Shown in pieces: positions 37,456 to 47,043 of a stretch of DNA of 63,818 nt. A program made the position numbers and the translations under genes. This DNA is from Hydrogenimonas sp. (GTDB taxonomy: Bacteria > Campylobacterota > Campylobacteria > Campylobacterales > Hydrogenimonadaceae): the NCBI GenBank assembly GCA_015484905.1, contig WFUN01000072.1, positions 1 through 63,818 of the forward strand, written 5' to 3'. The notes below the pieces were generated by a model, which did no database searches, was not told the origin of the DNA, and worked only from the letters and a program-made list of their open reading frames with translations. Numbering within the stretch: the first letter of the stretch is position 1; each line of letters opens with the position of its first letter.

Positions 37456-37911
37456 ATGAACAGATCTGTAAGTATCCTGATTGCATCGGTTCTGACAATT
37501 TCCGTAACCGCGGCAGGAGATATAGGCAAAGAAGAGCTCGCTTCAACCTCAAGACTTAAAAATACAATGAGAAAATTTGCGACAGGACTCGATCAGATTC
37601 AAAAAGGGATTATTTACAATAATCGCGACAGGATAGAGATGGGAGTGAGGGTAATGCGCCAGGCAAAGAAAAACTTTCTCAAAAGACATGGAGAAATTTT
37701 GAAAAAACAGATGCCGGACAATCCTCAACTTGCATACTCGTTGGCAAAAAAGAGTGCCGAACAGATTAAAAAATATGTAAAGATGATGAACTCACAGATT
37801 CATAACACTGACGATTTTAGTAAAATTGCAACCGCATATTCGGGAGTATTCGATCAGTGCGTAAAATGCCATCAGAAATTAAGGAAAAATTACCTGAAAG
37901 CCCAACCGTAA
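37456..37911 (+). CDS. Periplasmic cytochrome c (c'-like, C-terminal heme site)
   Basis: Signal peptide, helical, CVKCH near the C-terminus. Confidence 0.75.
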   Translation: MNRSVSILIASVLTISVTAAGDIGKEELASTSRLKNTMRKFATGLDQIQKGIIYNNRDRIEMGVRVMRQAKKNFLKRHGEILKKQMPDNPQLAYSLAKKSAEQIKKYVKMMNSQIHNTDDFSKIATAYSGVFDQCVKCHQKLRKNYLKAQP

Positions 37912-38580
37912 CTATCTGCAAACATATCTTGCCGGATCTTCGATACCGGCTTTTTCGAATCCTTTAAGACGCAGACGGCAACTGTCGCAAACACCGCAGG
38001 CCTCCTCCTCTTGAGAGTAACAGCTCCATGTCAGTTCGAGAGGAACACCATATTCTACCGCTTTTTTTACAATATCCTCTTTTTTAAGATGTATAAGAGG
38101 AGCATGAATGCGTATATCTGTATCCTCTTTGGTTCCAAGCTTTATTGCCTTTTGCATAGCCTCTATAAACTCCTCCCTGCAGTCCGGGTATCCGCTGCTG
38201 TCCTCTTCAACCACACCTATAAAAATAGCCTCCGCTCCCTCTTTTTCAGCTACTGCTGCTGCAATGGATAGAAAAATACCGTTTCTAAACGGAACGTAAG
38301 TAACAGGAATCCCCGGTTCGATACCCCCTGTTGGTACTTCGATGCTGCTGTCAGTAAGAGCCGATGCCCCTATCTGAGCGAAAAACGGCAGATCTATGAC
38401 ATAGCGCCCGCCAACGCCAAGAGCATCACATACAGCCTCAAAAGCTTTCCTCTCCCTGCTTTGGGTACGCTGCCCATAATCAAAATGCAGAGCTATTATC
38501 TCATACCCTCTCGATTTTGCAATGTACGCCGCAGTGGAAGAGTCCATACCGCCGCTTAAAATAACTACTGCTTTTTTCAA
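37912..38580 (-). CDS. queC: 7-cyano-7-deazaguanine synthase
   Basis: LSGGMDS, YGQR, TYVPFRN, GYPDCR, TWSCY...CGVCDSC. Confidence 0.96.
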   Translation of the reverse strand: MKKAVVILSGGMDSSTAAYIAKSRGYEIIALHFDYGQRTQSRERKAFEAVCDALGVGGRYVIDLPFFAQIGASALTDSSIEVPTGGIEPGIPVTYVPFRNGIFLSIAAAVAEKEGAEAIFIGVVEEDSSGYPDCREEFIEAMQKAIKLGTKEDTDIRIHAPLIHLKKEDIVKKAVEYGVPLELTWSCYSQEEEACGVCDSCRLRLKGFEKAGIEDPARYVCR

Positions 38581-38642
38581 ATCCGCCTCTTTAATAAATT
38601 GAATATTGGAATTTTATCCAATTGTGATTGAATCTTTTATCA

Positions 38643-39506
38643 TCCATAGGGGTCAGACGTTGAATATCTACTCTCGCTTATTGATCTCTTATCTACCTTT
38701 GAGTATCTTTGAAATCAAAGAGCGTGACACACTCAGATATGATGCAATTTTTGCTTGTGTATATCCATCATTAAAAGCATTGTATATAGCCGTGTTTCGT
38801 TCACCATTTTGAAAGTGTTCGTCTAAGCTTTTACTATAGGCTATTTTTTGTATTCCATCTTTCGATACAATTTTCTGTTTTTGTATCTCTTTTAGCTGGC
38901 TTAGTGCTTCCTCATCCAATTTCACGCCTACTATATCTTGTATGTTTTCATGGTTAAGCTCTTTTATAAGCTTGGACTCTTTAGTGCAAGATATAGGCTT
39001 TTGTCTCTTTGCTATCACAGCACCCAATGTATATGGGTATTCTCCTATATTTTGCGTGATTCCTGCTTCAAGAGGATTTTGTTCTATATATCGTATTAGT
39101 GTGTAATAGTAGTTTTCATTCGTAATATAGCGTGAGTAAAATCTTCCTTGCCATAAGTGTCCTGAACGTTTCTGTTTTCTGTTCGCATAGATTGCATAGT
39201 TGGAGTTGATATACTTCATAAACAATGATAGATTATCCATTTTTGTCTCTATAAGCAAATGGAAGTGATTGCTCATTAGACAATAATCATGCAATACAAC
39301 TTTATAGTCTTTACAAGCTTTGCAGACTATTTTTAAAAAAGTTTCATAATCACTATCGTCAACAAAAATATCAGAACGGTTTACCCCTCTGTTCATCACA
39401 TGATGAAAACCTGCAAGGTCAATACGTGATTTTCGAGGCATCTCTTCCTCTTTTTTACCGCATTATAGCATGTATTGGTTGATTTTCAACGCCTGACCCC
39501 TTTGGA
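38643..39506 (-). mobile_element. IR-bounded Y1/RAYT transposase element
   Basis: 26-bp inverted repeats (23/26) at 38643-38668 and 39481-39506 with GGGGTCAG core, enclosing a visibly AT-rich transposase gene. Confidence 0.75.
38689..39441 (-). CDS. REP-associated tyrosine (Y1/HUH) transposase with C-terminal HTH
   Basis: MPRKSR, HHVMNRG, YCLMSNHFHLL (HUH), GHLWQGRF, RYIEQNP, tail YTQAKIASYLSVSRSLISKIL. Confidence 0.9.
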   Translation of the reverse strand: MPRKSRIDLAGFHHVMNRGVNRSDIFVDDSDYETFLKIVCKACKDYKVVLHDYCLMSNHFHLLIETKMDNLSLFMKYINSNYAIYANRKQKRSGHLWQGRFYSRYITNENYYYTLIRYIEQNPLEAGITQNIGEYPYTLGAVIAKRQKPISCTKESKLIKELNHENIQDIVGVKLDEEALSQLKEIQKQKIVSKDGIQKIAYSKSLDEHFQNGERNTAIYNAFNDGYTQAKIASYLSVSRSLISKILKGR

Positions 39507-39542
39507 GGGACTTTTTATCAAAATTAGGATAAAATCGCGCCT

Positions 39543-39968
39543 ATGATTGAGATAACGAATGAAACAGACTACAGGCCGAACGAGAACCTTCTTGAAACTA
39601 TCGCCGCAGAGCTGACAGATCGTGACATCGAATTGATTTTGACCGACAATTCGACTATACGTGAAATGAACAGACAGACCCGTGGTATAGATGCGCCCAC
39701 CGATGTACTCAGTTTTCCGCTCGAAAAAGTGCCGTTTGCACCGCTCGGTGAGATTGTTATAAGCGTAGAGTACGCAAAGGAAAAAGCGAGCCAGTACAAA
39801 AACTCTCTGGATGATGAGATAACACTGCTTTTTATCCACGGTCTTTTACATCTTCTGGGTTACGATCATGAGAGTGATGAAGGTGAGATGAGGAAGAAAG
39901 AGGAGGAGTTGATTCTGCACTTCGGTCTTCCGGAGAGTCTTATAGTAAGAAGCGTAAAGAAGGGATAA
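39543..39968 (+). CDS. ybeY: rRNA maturation endoribonuclease YbeY
   Basis: PTDVLSFP, LGEIVIS, HGLLHLLGYDH. Confidence 0.96.
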   Translation: MIEITNETDYRPNENLLETIAAELTDRDIELILTDNSTIREMNRQTRGIDAPTDVLSFPLEKVPFAPLGEIVISVEYAKEKASQYKNSLDDEITLLFIHGLLHLLGYDHESDEGEMRKKEEELILHFGLPESLIVRSVKKG

Positions 39969-40900
39969 TGGATTTTATTGTTTTTATAATCAGCATGGGC
40001 ACACTCATATGGGGTGCCGAATTTATAATAAAAGAGTCCGAGAGAATAGCTCTTCACTACAATATAAGCGAGTTTATAATCGGTGCTACGCTCATAGCTC
40101 TTGGAACCAGTCTACCGGAGATGGCCGCAAGTATAGCGGCGAGCGCAAAAGGGCAGAGCGATATGGCCATAGCCAATGTAATTGGTTCAAATATCATGAA
40201 TATCTCACTGGTTCTTGGTTCTGTTTTTTTAATAGCAAAAAAAATCGCACCGAAAAGAGATCTCTTTTTCAAAGACAGCGCATGGCTTCTTTTTCCCGCT
40301 ATCATATTCCCTCTTATGATTCTTGACGGCTCTCTTTCTAGAATCGACGGTTTTTTGCTTTTTGCCATGATGGGAGCATATGTGCTCTTTCTTGTGCAGT
40401 CGCATAACGAAGAAGAGATTGCACAGATAGATGAGGAGTTGAAAAAAGAGCCGTTCAACTGGCCAAAAACGGTCGGCCTGCTGCTCGTTGGTTTCTCTTT
40501 CGTAGTAATCGGCGCGGACTATGCTATAGAGAGTGCCGCAAGTATAGCCAAAAGTTTCGGCATCAGCGAATGGATCATCGGTCTGTTGCTGATAGCTTTT
40601 GGAACCAGTCTTCCTGAACTTGTCGTCAGCATAAAGGCGGCCCGCAAGGGAAAGGCGGATATGAGTATCGGAAACATTATTGGTTCAAATATGGCAAACA
40701 CATCTGTCGTTTTAGGATCTGCCGCTATGACAAAACCACTGGCTACCGACCTGAGTACAAGCTCCTTCGATATATTCCTCATGATGGGCATCACTATAAT
40801 GCTCGTATTCATAACGGCCAACAAGCTTTATACAAAGGCATCCGGAGTGATGCTTCTCATTGTATTGGCAATATTTCTACAAAATGCGTTCTACGGATGA
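39968..40900 (+). CDS. Ca2+/Na+ antiporter (YrbG-like)
   Basis: Two GTSLPE...GSN alpha-repeats. Confidence 0.9.
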   Translation: MDFIVFIISMGTLIWGAEFIIKESERIALHYNISEFIIGATLIALGTSLPEMAASIAASAKGQSDMAIANVIGSNIMNISLVLGSVFLIAKKIAPKRDLFFKDSAWLLFPAIIFPLMILDGSLSRIDGFLLFAMMGAYVLFLVQSHNEEEIAQIDEELKKEPFNWPKTVGLLLVGFSFVVIGADYAIESAASIAKSFGISEWIIGLLLIAFGTSLPELVVSIKAARKGKADMSIGNIIGSNMANTSVVLGSAAMTKPLATDLSTSSFDIFLMMGITIMLVFITANKLYTKASGVMLLIVLAIFLQNAFYG

Positions 40901-40928
40901 TTTTTTTTCAGACTCCATATTCATATTT

Positions 40929-42719
40929 TTATATATACCCATTATCGACCAGCCAGTTGTAAATCTCTTTGGCTATCGGGCCGGCTGCCGATCCTCCGTG
41001 GCCGCCATGCTCTACAAGAATTGTAACAATATATTTCGGATTTTTGTAAGGAGCGTACGTTGTAAGCCATGCATGCGAACGATGATAGTACGCTAATTCA
41101 GCTTCTTTCATCCTCTTTTTCTCCTCCTGCGGAATTCCGATTACCTGAGCCGTTCCCGTCTTGCCGGCAACTTTGACTTTGGTACCTTTAAGAGCCTTGT
41201 ATGCTGTACCTTTCGGATTGTTGCACACCTCGTACATGGCTCTTTGTATAAGAGGAAGCACACGTTTCTCACGCAGCGTCAAAACATCTTCGATTTTGGG
41301 CTCTACTCTCTTTTCACTGAGAGATTCGGCAATGTAAGGCGTTGGAAGTCTTCCTGTAGCTATCAATGCGGTAAATCGCGCTATCTGCATGGGAGTGACG
41401 AGAAGATACCCCTGGCCTATAGAAGCGTTAAGAGTCTCTCCCATGTACCAAGGTTGACCATATTTGCTCATCTTCCATGTTTTGTCCGGAACGGCACCGA
41501 TAAACTCATTGGGAAGATCTATTCCCGATTTTTCTCCAAGACCCATTTTTCTGAGCTCCTGTGCCAGTTTGTCGATACCTGCAAGAAGGCTTCCTTTATA
41601 AAAATAGACATCGCAGCTTTCTCTGACGGCTTTTATCATATCGGTCTCTCCATGCCCTTCGCTTTTCCAGCACCTGAAACGGTGTTTCCCCAATTCTATA
41701 GAGCCGGTGCAGCCGAACTTTGTATATGGAGAAACTTTTTTCGAATCTATGAAAGCCAAAGCGACACCGGGTTTGATTACAGACCCTGGTGGATATAGTC
41801 CATGAATAAGCTTGTTCGTAAAGGGGTGTTGAAGATCTTCTATAAGTCTTCTCCACTCTTTCCTGCTGATTCCGCTGACGAATTCGTTGGGGTTGAAGGC
41901 CGGATAGCTGCCGGCACTCAACACGGCACCATCTTTGCGCATAACGATAACAGTCCCGGCTTTGTGCTGTTTTCTAAAAAGATCGTAAATAAAAGCCTGC
42001 AAACGCATATCTATATTGAGTTTCAAAATCCTGTCCTCTTTGGGAGGAACAGTCTCTATCACTCCAATCTGCTTGTTGAATGCACTGACTTTGACTTTTC
42101 GGTAGCCGGGTTCGCCTTCCAGAAATCTGTTGTAATATTTCTCCAACCCGCTCTTGCCGGTAGTCATGGTAAGTTTTACCACTTCGTCATCCGCCATATC
42201 TTTTTCGTTAGCCTTCCCTACAAACCCAACGATATGTGCTGTCATTGCACCATATGGATAGTACCGCTTGGTAGTGGGACGTATATGTATATGCTCTTTT
42301 CTGGATAGTGCAGTGTAGTGCACAAGTACTTTTTCGTAAGGTATAAATCTTATTACGACAATAGGATCATGACGATAGGGTGAATCGAGGCGCCTATACC
42401 TTCTTTCGAGTCTGGTCAAATTCTGGTCCGGAAAACGGCTCTTGATTTCACCGAGTGCACGTTTGAGAAGGTGCGACCTCTTCTTTGTGCTCAAGTGTGC
42501 ATCTATCAAAATTTTGAAACCAATCCTGTTTATGGCGATAGGCTCTTCGAAGCGGTCCAGAATTTCACCCCGAACAGGAAGAATCCACTCTTTTCTTATT
42601 ATATTTTGTTTTGCGAGAGTTTCGTAGTATGTATTAGATTTGACCGTCAGCTGATAAACCCTTACCAGCAGAACAATCCACACCAAAATAAAAAATACGA
42701 TTACTATCCTGACTTTCAA
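40929..42719 (-). CDS. mrdA: Penicillin-binding protein 2
   Basis: RGEILDR, RYYPYG, YPPGSVIK (SxxK), SCD, KTGTAQ. Confidence 0.94.
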   Translation of the reverse strand: MKVRIVIVFFILVWIVLLVRVYQLTVKSNTYYETLAKQNIIRKEWILPVRGEILDRFEEPIAINRIGFKILIDAHLSTKKRSHLLKRALGEIKSRFPDQNLTRLERRYRRLDSPYRHDPIVVIRFIPYEKVLVHYTALSRKEHIHIRPTTKRYYPYGAMTAHIVGFVGKANEKDMADDEVVKLTMTTGKSGLEKYYNRFLEGEPGYRKVKVSAFNKQIGVIETVPPKEDRILKLNIDMRLQAFIYDLFRKQHKAGTVIVMRKDGAVLSAGSYPAFNPNEFVSGISRKEWRRLIEDLQHPFTNKLIHGLYPPGSVIKPGVALAFIDSKKVSPYTKFGCTGSIELGKHRFRCWKSEGHGETDMIKAVRESCDVYFYKGSLLAGIDKLAQELRKMGLGEKSGIDLPNEFIGAVPDKTWKMSKYGQPWYMGETLNASIGQGYLLVTPMQIARFTALIATGRLPTPYIAESLSEKRVEPKIEDVLTLREKRVLPLIQRAMYEVCNNPKGTAYKALKGTKVKVAGKTGTAQVIGIPQEEKKRMKEAELAYYHRSHAWLTTYAPYKNPKYIVTILVEHGGHGGSAAGPIAKEIYNWLVDNGYI

Positions 42720-43168
42720 AACAGAACTACCCCCAGGATATCCGCTACCAAATAATAGAGTAGAACAGAACCGATATCCAGCAGTTTCTCATTCATTAAA
42801 GTTCCGTAGCCATAAAGAAAGATAAAATATAAAAGATCGAAAACGATCGCGCCGACCACTTTTATCATAGAGTGCATATGAAGCGTCTGGCTGATTTTGG
42901 TATCGAAAAGGACATACGTGACGATCATAACACTCCATATACCATAAAGCGGCAGTCCCCATACCGATTCGAAAATAACGGTGTATATCATCCACACAAC
43001 TATCCTGGAAAGGTTGCGTGACCTGACAGCACCTCTCCACTGGATATAGACAAAGCCGAGCAGAGGAGGCAAAAAAGGATATAGAGCCTCCATCGTCGGA
43101 TAGATCAGAATCGAAAGAAAAAGAAAAAAGTGCGTCAGAGTCTTTTTATCAAAGATACTTCGTTGCAC
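42716..43168 (-). CDS. Membrane protein, MreD-like
   Basis: Several TM helices directly upstream of mrdA; GTG start at 43168 (ORF track 43186). Confidence 0.6.
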   Translation of the reverse strand: MQRSIFDKKTLTHFFLFLSILIYPTMEALYPFLPPLLGFVYIQWRGAVRSRNLSRIVVWMIYTVIFESVWGLPLYGIWSVMIVTYVLFDTKISQTLHMHSMIKVVGAIVFDLLYFIFLYGYGTLMNEKLLDIGSVLLYYLVADILGVVLF

Positions 43169-43602
43169 ACCGGAAAATGTTTGCATTTGATACAGTCCGT
43201 CCAGATTTTGTGTTCGGGAATAGCCTCTTTTGGAATCTCGACGAAACCGAGACGTTGAAAAAAAGCTCCCATATATGTGAGCGCAAGTATCTCTTTTACC
43301 TGCAGTTTCCGCCCCTCTTCAACCGCTTTTTCGACAAGACCTCTGCCAATATTTTTATGACGGAATTCCTCTTTTACTATAAGGCTTCGGATCTCAGCAA
43401 GACGCATAGAGTGGATATGCAATGCCACATACCCTACTATCTCTGCGCTCTTTATATCTGTGGCTATCGTATATGATCTTATATTGGTGGCCAGTTCATC
43501 GTCACTTCGTGGAAGAATTATCCCCTCTTCCACCTCTTTTTTGACAATCTCTTGCATACGGGGTATATCTGTCAACACGGGCTTTGAGTATGTTACCGGC
43601 AT
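43135..43602 (-). CDS. GNAT N-acetyltransferase (short ArgA-like)
   Basis: ILPRS, AEIRSL, GRGLV, LALTY..FF..LGF, HKIWTDCIKC..FPVCNE; start MPVTY at 43602. Confidence 0.85.
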   Translation of the reverse strand: MPVTYSKPVLTDIPRMQEIVKKEVEEGIILPRSDDELATNIRSYTIATDIKSAEIVGYVALHIHSMRLAEIRSLIVKEEFRHKNIGRGLVEKAVEEGRKLQVKEILALTYMGAFFQRLGFVEIPKEAIPEHKIWTDCIKCKHFPVCNEVSLIKRL

Positions 43603-44210
43603 TTTGCTCCACCTATCGCGATATCGAAGATAAGTGCTTCCAATTTCTCTATTCCACGTTTTTTTAGATTTGAAACAAGTATCGCACCCGGATGGGTTTT
43701 GATTATCCTGGCCATCTCCTTCTGGTTCAATTTGTCGGACTTGGTAAAAATTTCTATATAACACTGGTCAGGTCGCACAAAGTTAAGTATATATCTTTTT
43801 ACCTCTTCATCTATCGGTTCATTGGGGTGTCTTGCATCGCGCAAATGGACAAAAAGTCGGATTGTTTTTCGCTTTTTAATGAATTCGTTGAGACTTTTTT
43901 GCCACTCATACTTGATACTTTTAGATACCTTCGCATACCCAAATCCCGGAAGGTCCACAAAATGAATCTGATATTTGTCGTTCGTACTATCATCCTTGTA
44001 TGTAACCTCAAAATAGTTTATAAGTCTTGTTTTTCCCGGAGTAGATGAACTTTTGGCAAGGTTTTTCCTGTGTGTCAAAGAGTTCAGCAAAGAGCTTTTG
44101 CCTACATTGCTGCGCCCGAGAAATACAACTTCTCCCACTCCTTCGGCAGGAGCCTCTTCAATTTTACTGGCAGAAGTTATAAACTTTGCATCAACGATTC
44201 TTGCTGGCAT
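43593..44210 (-). CDS. yihA: Ribosome biogenesis GTPase YihA/EngB
   Basis: GRSNVGKSS, TPGKT, DLPGFGYAK, TKSDK. Confidence 0.95.
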   Translation of the reverse strand: MPARIVDAKFITSASKIEEAPAEGVGEVVFLGRSNVGKSSLLNSLTHRKNLAKSSSTPGKTRLINYFEVTYKDDSTNDKYQIHFVDLPGFGYAKVSKSIKYEWQKSLNEFIKKRKTIRLFVHLRDARHPNEPIDEEVKRYILNFVRPDQCYIEIFTKSDKLNQKEMARIIKTHPGAILVSNLKKRGIEKLEALIFDIAIGGAKCR

Positions 44211-44673
44211 TTGACTCTTCAACTTTGAAAATAAATTTTACCGGTCTCTTCTCGTCACCTTTTACTCTTGCTCGTCCGGTACTTTTTTCAACAACGACCT
44301 TCTCTCCGAATATCGTTCTCTCAAGCAAGGGTTCTTTTAAAACGACGTTGCCGTACAGCTCATATACCTCTTTTTTTGGCAAATATACAAGCCTGTCGGC
44401 CCTGCCTACATAATAGCGTCCATTTTGCATATATACGATAAAAGAGCTCTTCCCTACAGCCTCATACCGTATAGGTTTTCTGTTTTTATCGAAAAAGACA
44501 AGGACTTTTGAAGCGTTCAGTTCATCATTTCCTTTTTTCATATGGACATTACCGATGAACTCGGTAATCTTTTTCAACTGGTCCGCTTCGAAATGGTCGG
44601 CTGTTATTTCGACATTTTCTGCAGCGCCAATCGATATAAGCACAAAAAAAAGAGCCGTCAGTATCTTCTTCAA
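44191..44673 (-). CDS. lptA: LPS transport periplasmic protein LptA
   Basis: Signal peptide, VEITAD, FIGNV, OstA-like beta pattern; follows kdsC-lptC. Confidence 0.8.
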   Translation of the reverse strand: MKKILTALFFVLISIGAAENVEITADHFEADQLKKITEFIGNVHMKKGNDELNASKVLVFFDKNRKPIRYEAVGKSSFIVYMQNGRYYVGRADRLVYLPKKEVYELYGNVVLKEPLLERTIFGEKVVVEKSTGRARVKGDEKRPVKFIFKVEESNASKNR

Positions 44674-45201
44674 CTATATATCCTCTGTTGCGATTTTTGC
44701 CTTTATTGAATCGGCCCTGATTTTACCACTTTTTTGATAATAAACCATACTTCTCCCTACAATAACACTTTTGCCATAATAGGCTGTAAATGGCCGACCC
44801 TGCGTGGTATATATCTTTTTCTTCAGATCGAAATAGAGTCTGTCAGTCTCAACATACCAGCCATCTTCACGCATCAATTTCACATCTTTGCTGAAATATA
44901 TGCTCCTGTTTTGGGTATAAAGAGCTTCTTTGGCTTCTATAGACTCTATTCCGTGAGATGTCAACCGTCTGAAATATGGAGCTTTTATCTTCATTATCCG
45001 ACCGAATTTTTCGGCTATTTCTCCCCGTCCGGTACTCTCCACACCATTTTTGGTTATTTCGAAACTTATGAAGTCTGCAAACATGATCTGTGGGATTCCT
45101 TTTTTATCAATCATGCTCACCTTGTGGGGCTTTAAAAAAAATATGGCTGCAAGAGTTATGAAAAAAAGGGCAAAAAGCAGATGTTTTATATCTAAAGCCA
45201 C
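44674..45201 (-). CDS. lptC: LPS export protein LptC-like
   Basis: N-terminal TM anchor then beta-rich domain, between kdsC and lptA; GTG start at 45201. Confidence 0.65.
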   Translation of the reverse strand: MALDIKHLLFALFFITLAAIFFLKPHKVSMIDKKGIPQIMFADFISFEITKNGVESTGRGEIAEKFGRIMKIKAPYFRRLTSHGIESIEAKEALYTQNRSIYFSKDVKLMREDGWYVETDRLYFDLKKKIYTTQGRPFTAYYGKSVIVGRSMVYYQKSGKIRADSIKAKIATEDI

Positions 45202-45686
45202 CTTGAACGATACTCCTCTTCCAGCCCCTCTTTCAAAATGAGAAGTTCTATCATTTCTCTTACAGCTGCATCCCCTCCCTTGCGACTCAAAACCGTATCC
45301 GCAATCTCGACAACATGATGTGTTGCATCTGCCGGCACGAAAGAGTGTCCACACGCTCTAAGCATTTTATAATCGTTTAGATCGTCTCCTATTACAGCCG
45401 TCTGCTCCATCGTTATACCGAGTTTTGCACATAGAGTTTCGAGAGTGGCCAGTTTGTCCACGACACCCTGATAATAGTATTGGATGCCAAGCTCTTTCGC
45501 TCGACGTTCAACAATTTTGGAAGTTCTTCCGGTAATGATCGCAGCGGTACGTCCCAACGCTATCCAGTTCGTTATGGCAAATCCGTCTTTGACATTGAAA
45601 GACTTTATCTCGTCCCCGTTTGCCGTATAGATAATTTTCCCATCTGTAAGGCATCCGTCCACATCAAGAACTATCAACTCTATCAC
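45192..45686 (-). CDS. kdsC: KDO 8-phosphate phosphatase
   Basis: LDVDGCLTDG, FNVKDG, IITGR, GDDLND, GGDAAVRE. Confidence 0.93.
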   Translation of the reverse strand: MIELIVLDVDGCLTDGKIIYTANGDEIKSFNVKDGFAITNWIALGRTAAIITGRTSKIVERRAKELGIQYYYQGVVDKLATLETLCAKLGITMEQTAVIGDDLNDYKMLRACGHSFVPADATHHVVEIADTVLSRKGGDAAVREMIELLILKEGLEEEYRSRWL

Positions 45687-46264
45687 AAAACACCTTTTGT
45701 ACTCGGAATGCCGGCTCTGCTGTTTAGAGCGAGCGCCCTGCGGAGTGCCACCGCATATGCTTTAAAGGCCGCTTCGACGATATGGTGCCGATTCCTGCCG
45801 CGCAATAGAGTCAAATGTGCCGTTATCGAAGCGTTGAATGTCAATGCTCTGAAAAACTCTTCCACAAGCTCAACATCGAACCTTCCCACCTTACCGTCCA
45901 TTTCTATCTCATATACAAGATAGGGGCGATTGCTCAGATCAATTGCACATGCGACTGCCGCTTCATCCATTACGATTACACTGTCACCAAAACGTTCTAC
46001 CCCTTCAACAGGATATATCTCTTCGCTCAGCGCCTCACCCAGAACTATTCCGATATCCTCCACGGTATGGTGATAATCGACATGTATATCTCCTTTGCAA
46101 GAGATCTCAATATCGAAAAGGGAATGTTTGCCGAAACTTTCAAGCATATGGTCGAAAAATCCTATACCGGTATCGATATTGACTTTTCCGGTACCTTCGA
46201 TATCAAGTTTCAATCCGATTTCGGTCTCTTTGGTCACTCTTTTCTTTTCTGTCATCTCGCTCAT
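45683..46264 (-). CDS. hisB: Imidazoleglycerol-phosphate dehydratase
   Basis: TGIGFFDHML, DYHHTVED, MDEA, NRHHIVEAAFKA, PSTKGVL. Confidence 0.96.
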   Translation of the reverse strand: MSEMTEKKRVTKETEIGLKLDIEGTGKVNIDTGIGFFDHMLESFGKHSLFDIEISCKGDIHVDYHHTVEDIGIVLGEALSEEIYPVEGVERFGDSVIVMDEAAVACAIDLSNRPYLVYEIEMDGKVGRFDVELVEEFFRALTFNASITAHLTLLRGRNRHHIVEAAFKAYAVALRRALALNSRAGIPSTKGVL

Positions 46265-47043
46265 CCTCTTATAATAAATGCTCCTGGTATACCCCAGGCC
46301 TTGATAAAGTCTTTTGCCTCCGCTTCACTTTTGAAACCGGTCATCCATACCCTGTACAACGGAGCTCCTTCTACGATAAACTTCCTGATCCGGGTACGAT
46401 ATCTGCCTTCGAAGTTATCATACCTCTTTTTATAGATCCTTGCACCTTCTATACGCCTGAAAGATCCGACTTGCACACCAAAGCCCGAGAGAACAACCTC
46501 CTGCCTGATCGAAGCTCCTTTTTTTGCAGCCATGGATGCTATGAGAGAATCAAATCCCAATACCTGAAGAGTGACCGGTGCAGTTCCGGTTTTATCTATC
46601 CCTATTCTTCTGCCGGCGGCATATGAGAGATCGATTATCCTACCGCTGACGAAAGGACCCCTGTCGTTTATGCGTACTACGACCGATCGGCCGTCTCTTT
46701 TGTTTGTAACGCGCACCATCGTATTCATTGGCAGAGTCTTGTGTGCGGCCGTCATGGCATACATGTTGTATCTTTCGCCATTGGATGTTTTCCCTCCATG
46801 GAAATTCGGTCCATACCAGCTGGCGATGCCTTCTTGCCTCCATCCAACCGACACGACCGTAGGAAAGTAGCGCTTACCATTTATCGTGTATGGTCTCAAC
46901 GTCGCTCGGTGTATCGCTTTGGAAGAGCGCGGCTTGGATGTCGCTGGTTCAAAATATTGGGGGTTTGGCCCTTTACTGCACCCTGTAAATATCAGAAACG
47001 ATATTGTCGTGATAAAAAAAGCTCTGTCAATTCGGAATGACAA
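46261..47043 (-). CDS. rlpA: Septal lytic transglycosylase lipoprotein RlpA
   Basis: Lipobox FTGC, GIASWYG, TAAHKTLP, INDRGPF, IIDLS, C-terminal SPOR domain. Confidence 0.93.
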   Translation of the reverse strand: MSFRIDRAFFITTISFLIFTGCSKGPNPQYFEPATSKPRSSKAIHRATLRPYTINGKRYFPTVVSVGWRQEGIASWYGPNFHGGKTSNGERYNMYAMTAAHKTLPMNTMVRVTNKRDGRSVVVRINDRGPFVSGRIIDLSYAAGRRIGIDKTGTAPVTLQVLGFDSLIASMAAKKGASIRQEVVLSGFGVQVGSFRRIEGARIYKKRYDNFEGRYRTRIRKFIVEGAPLYRVWMTGFKSEAEAKDFIKAWGIPGAFIIRG

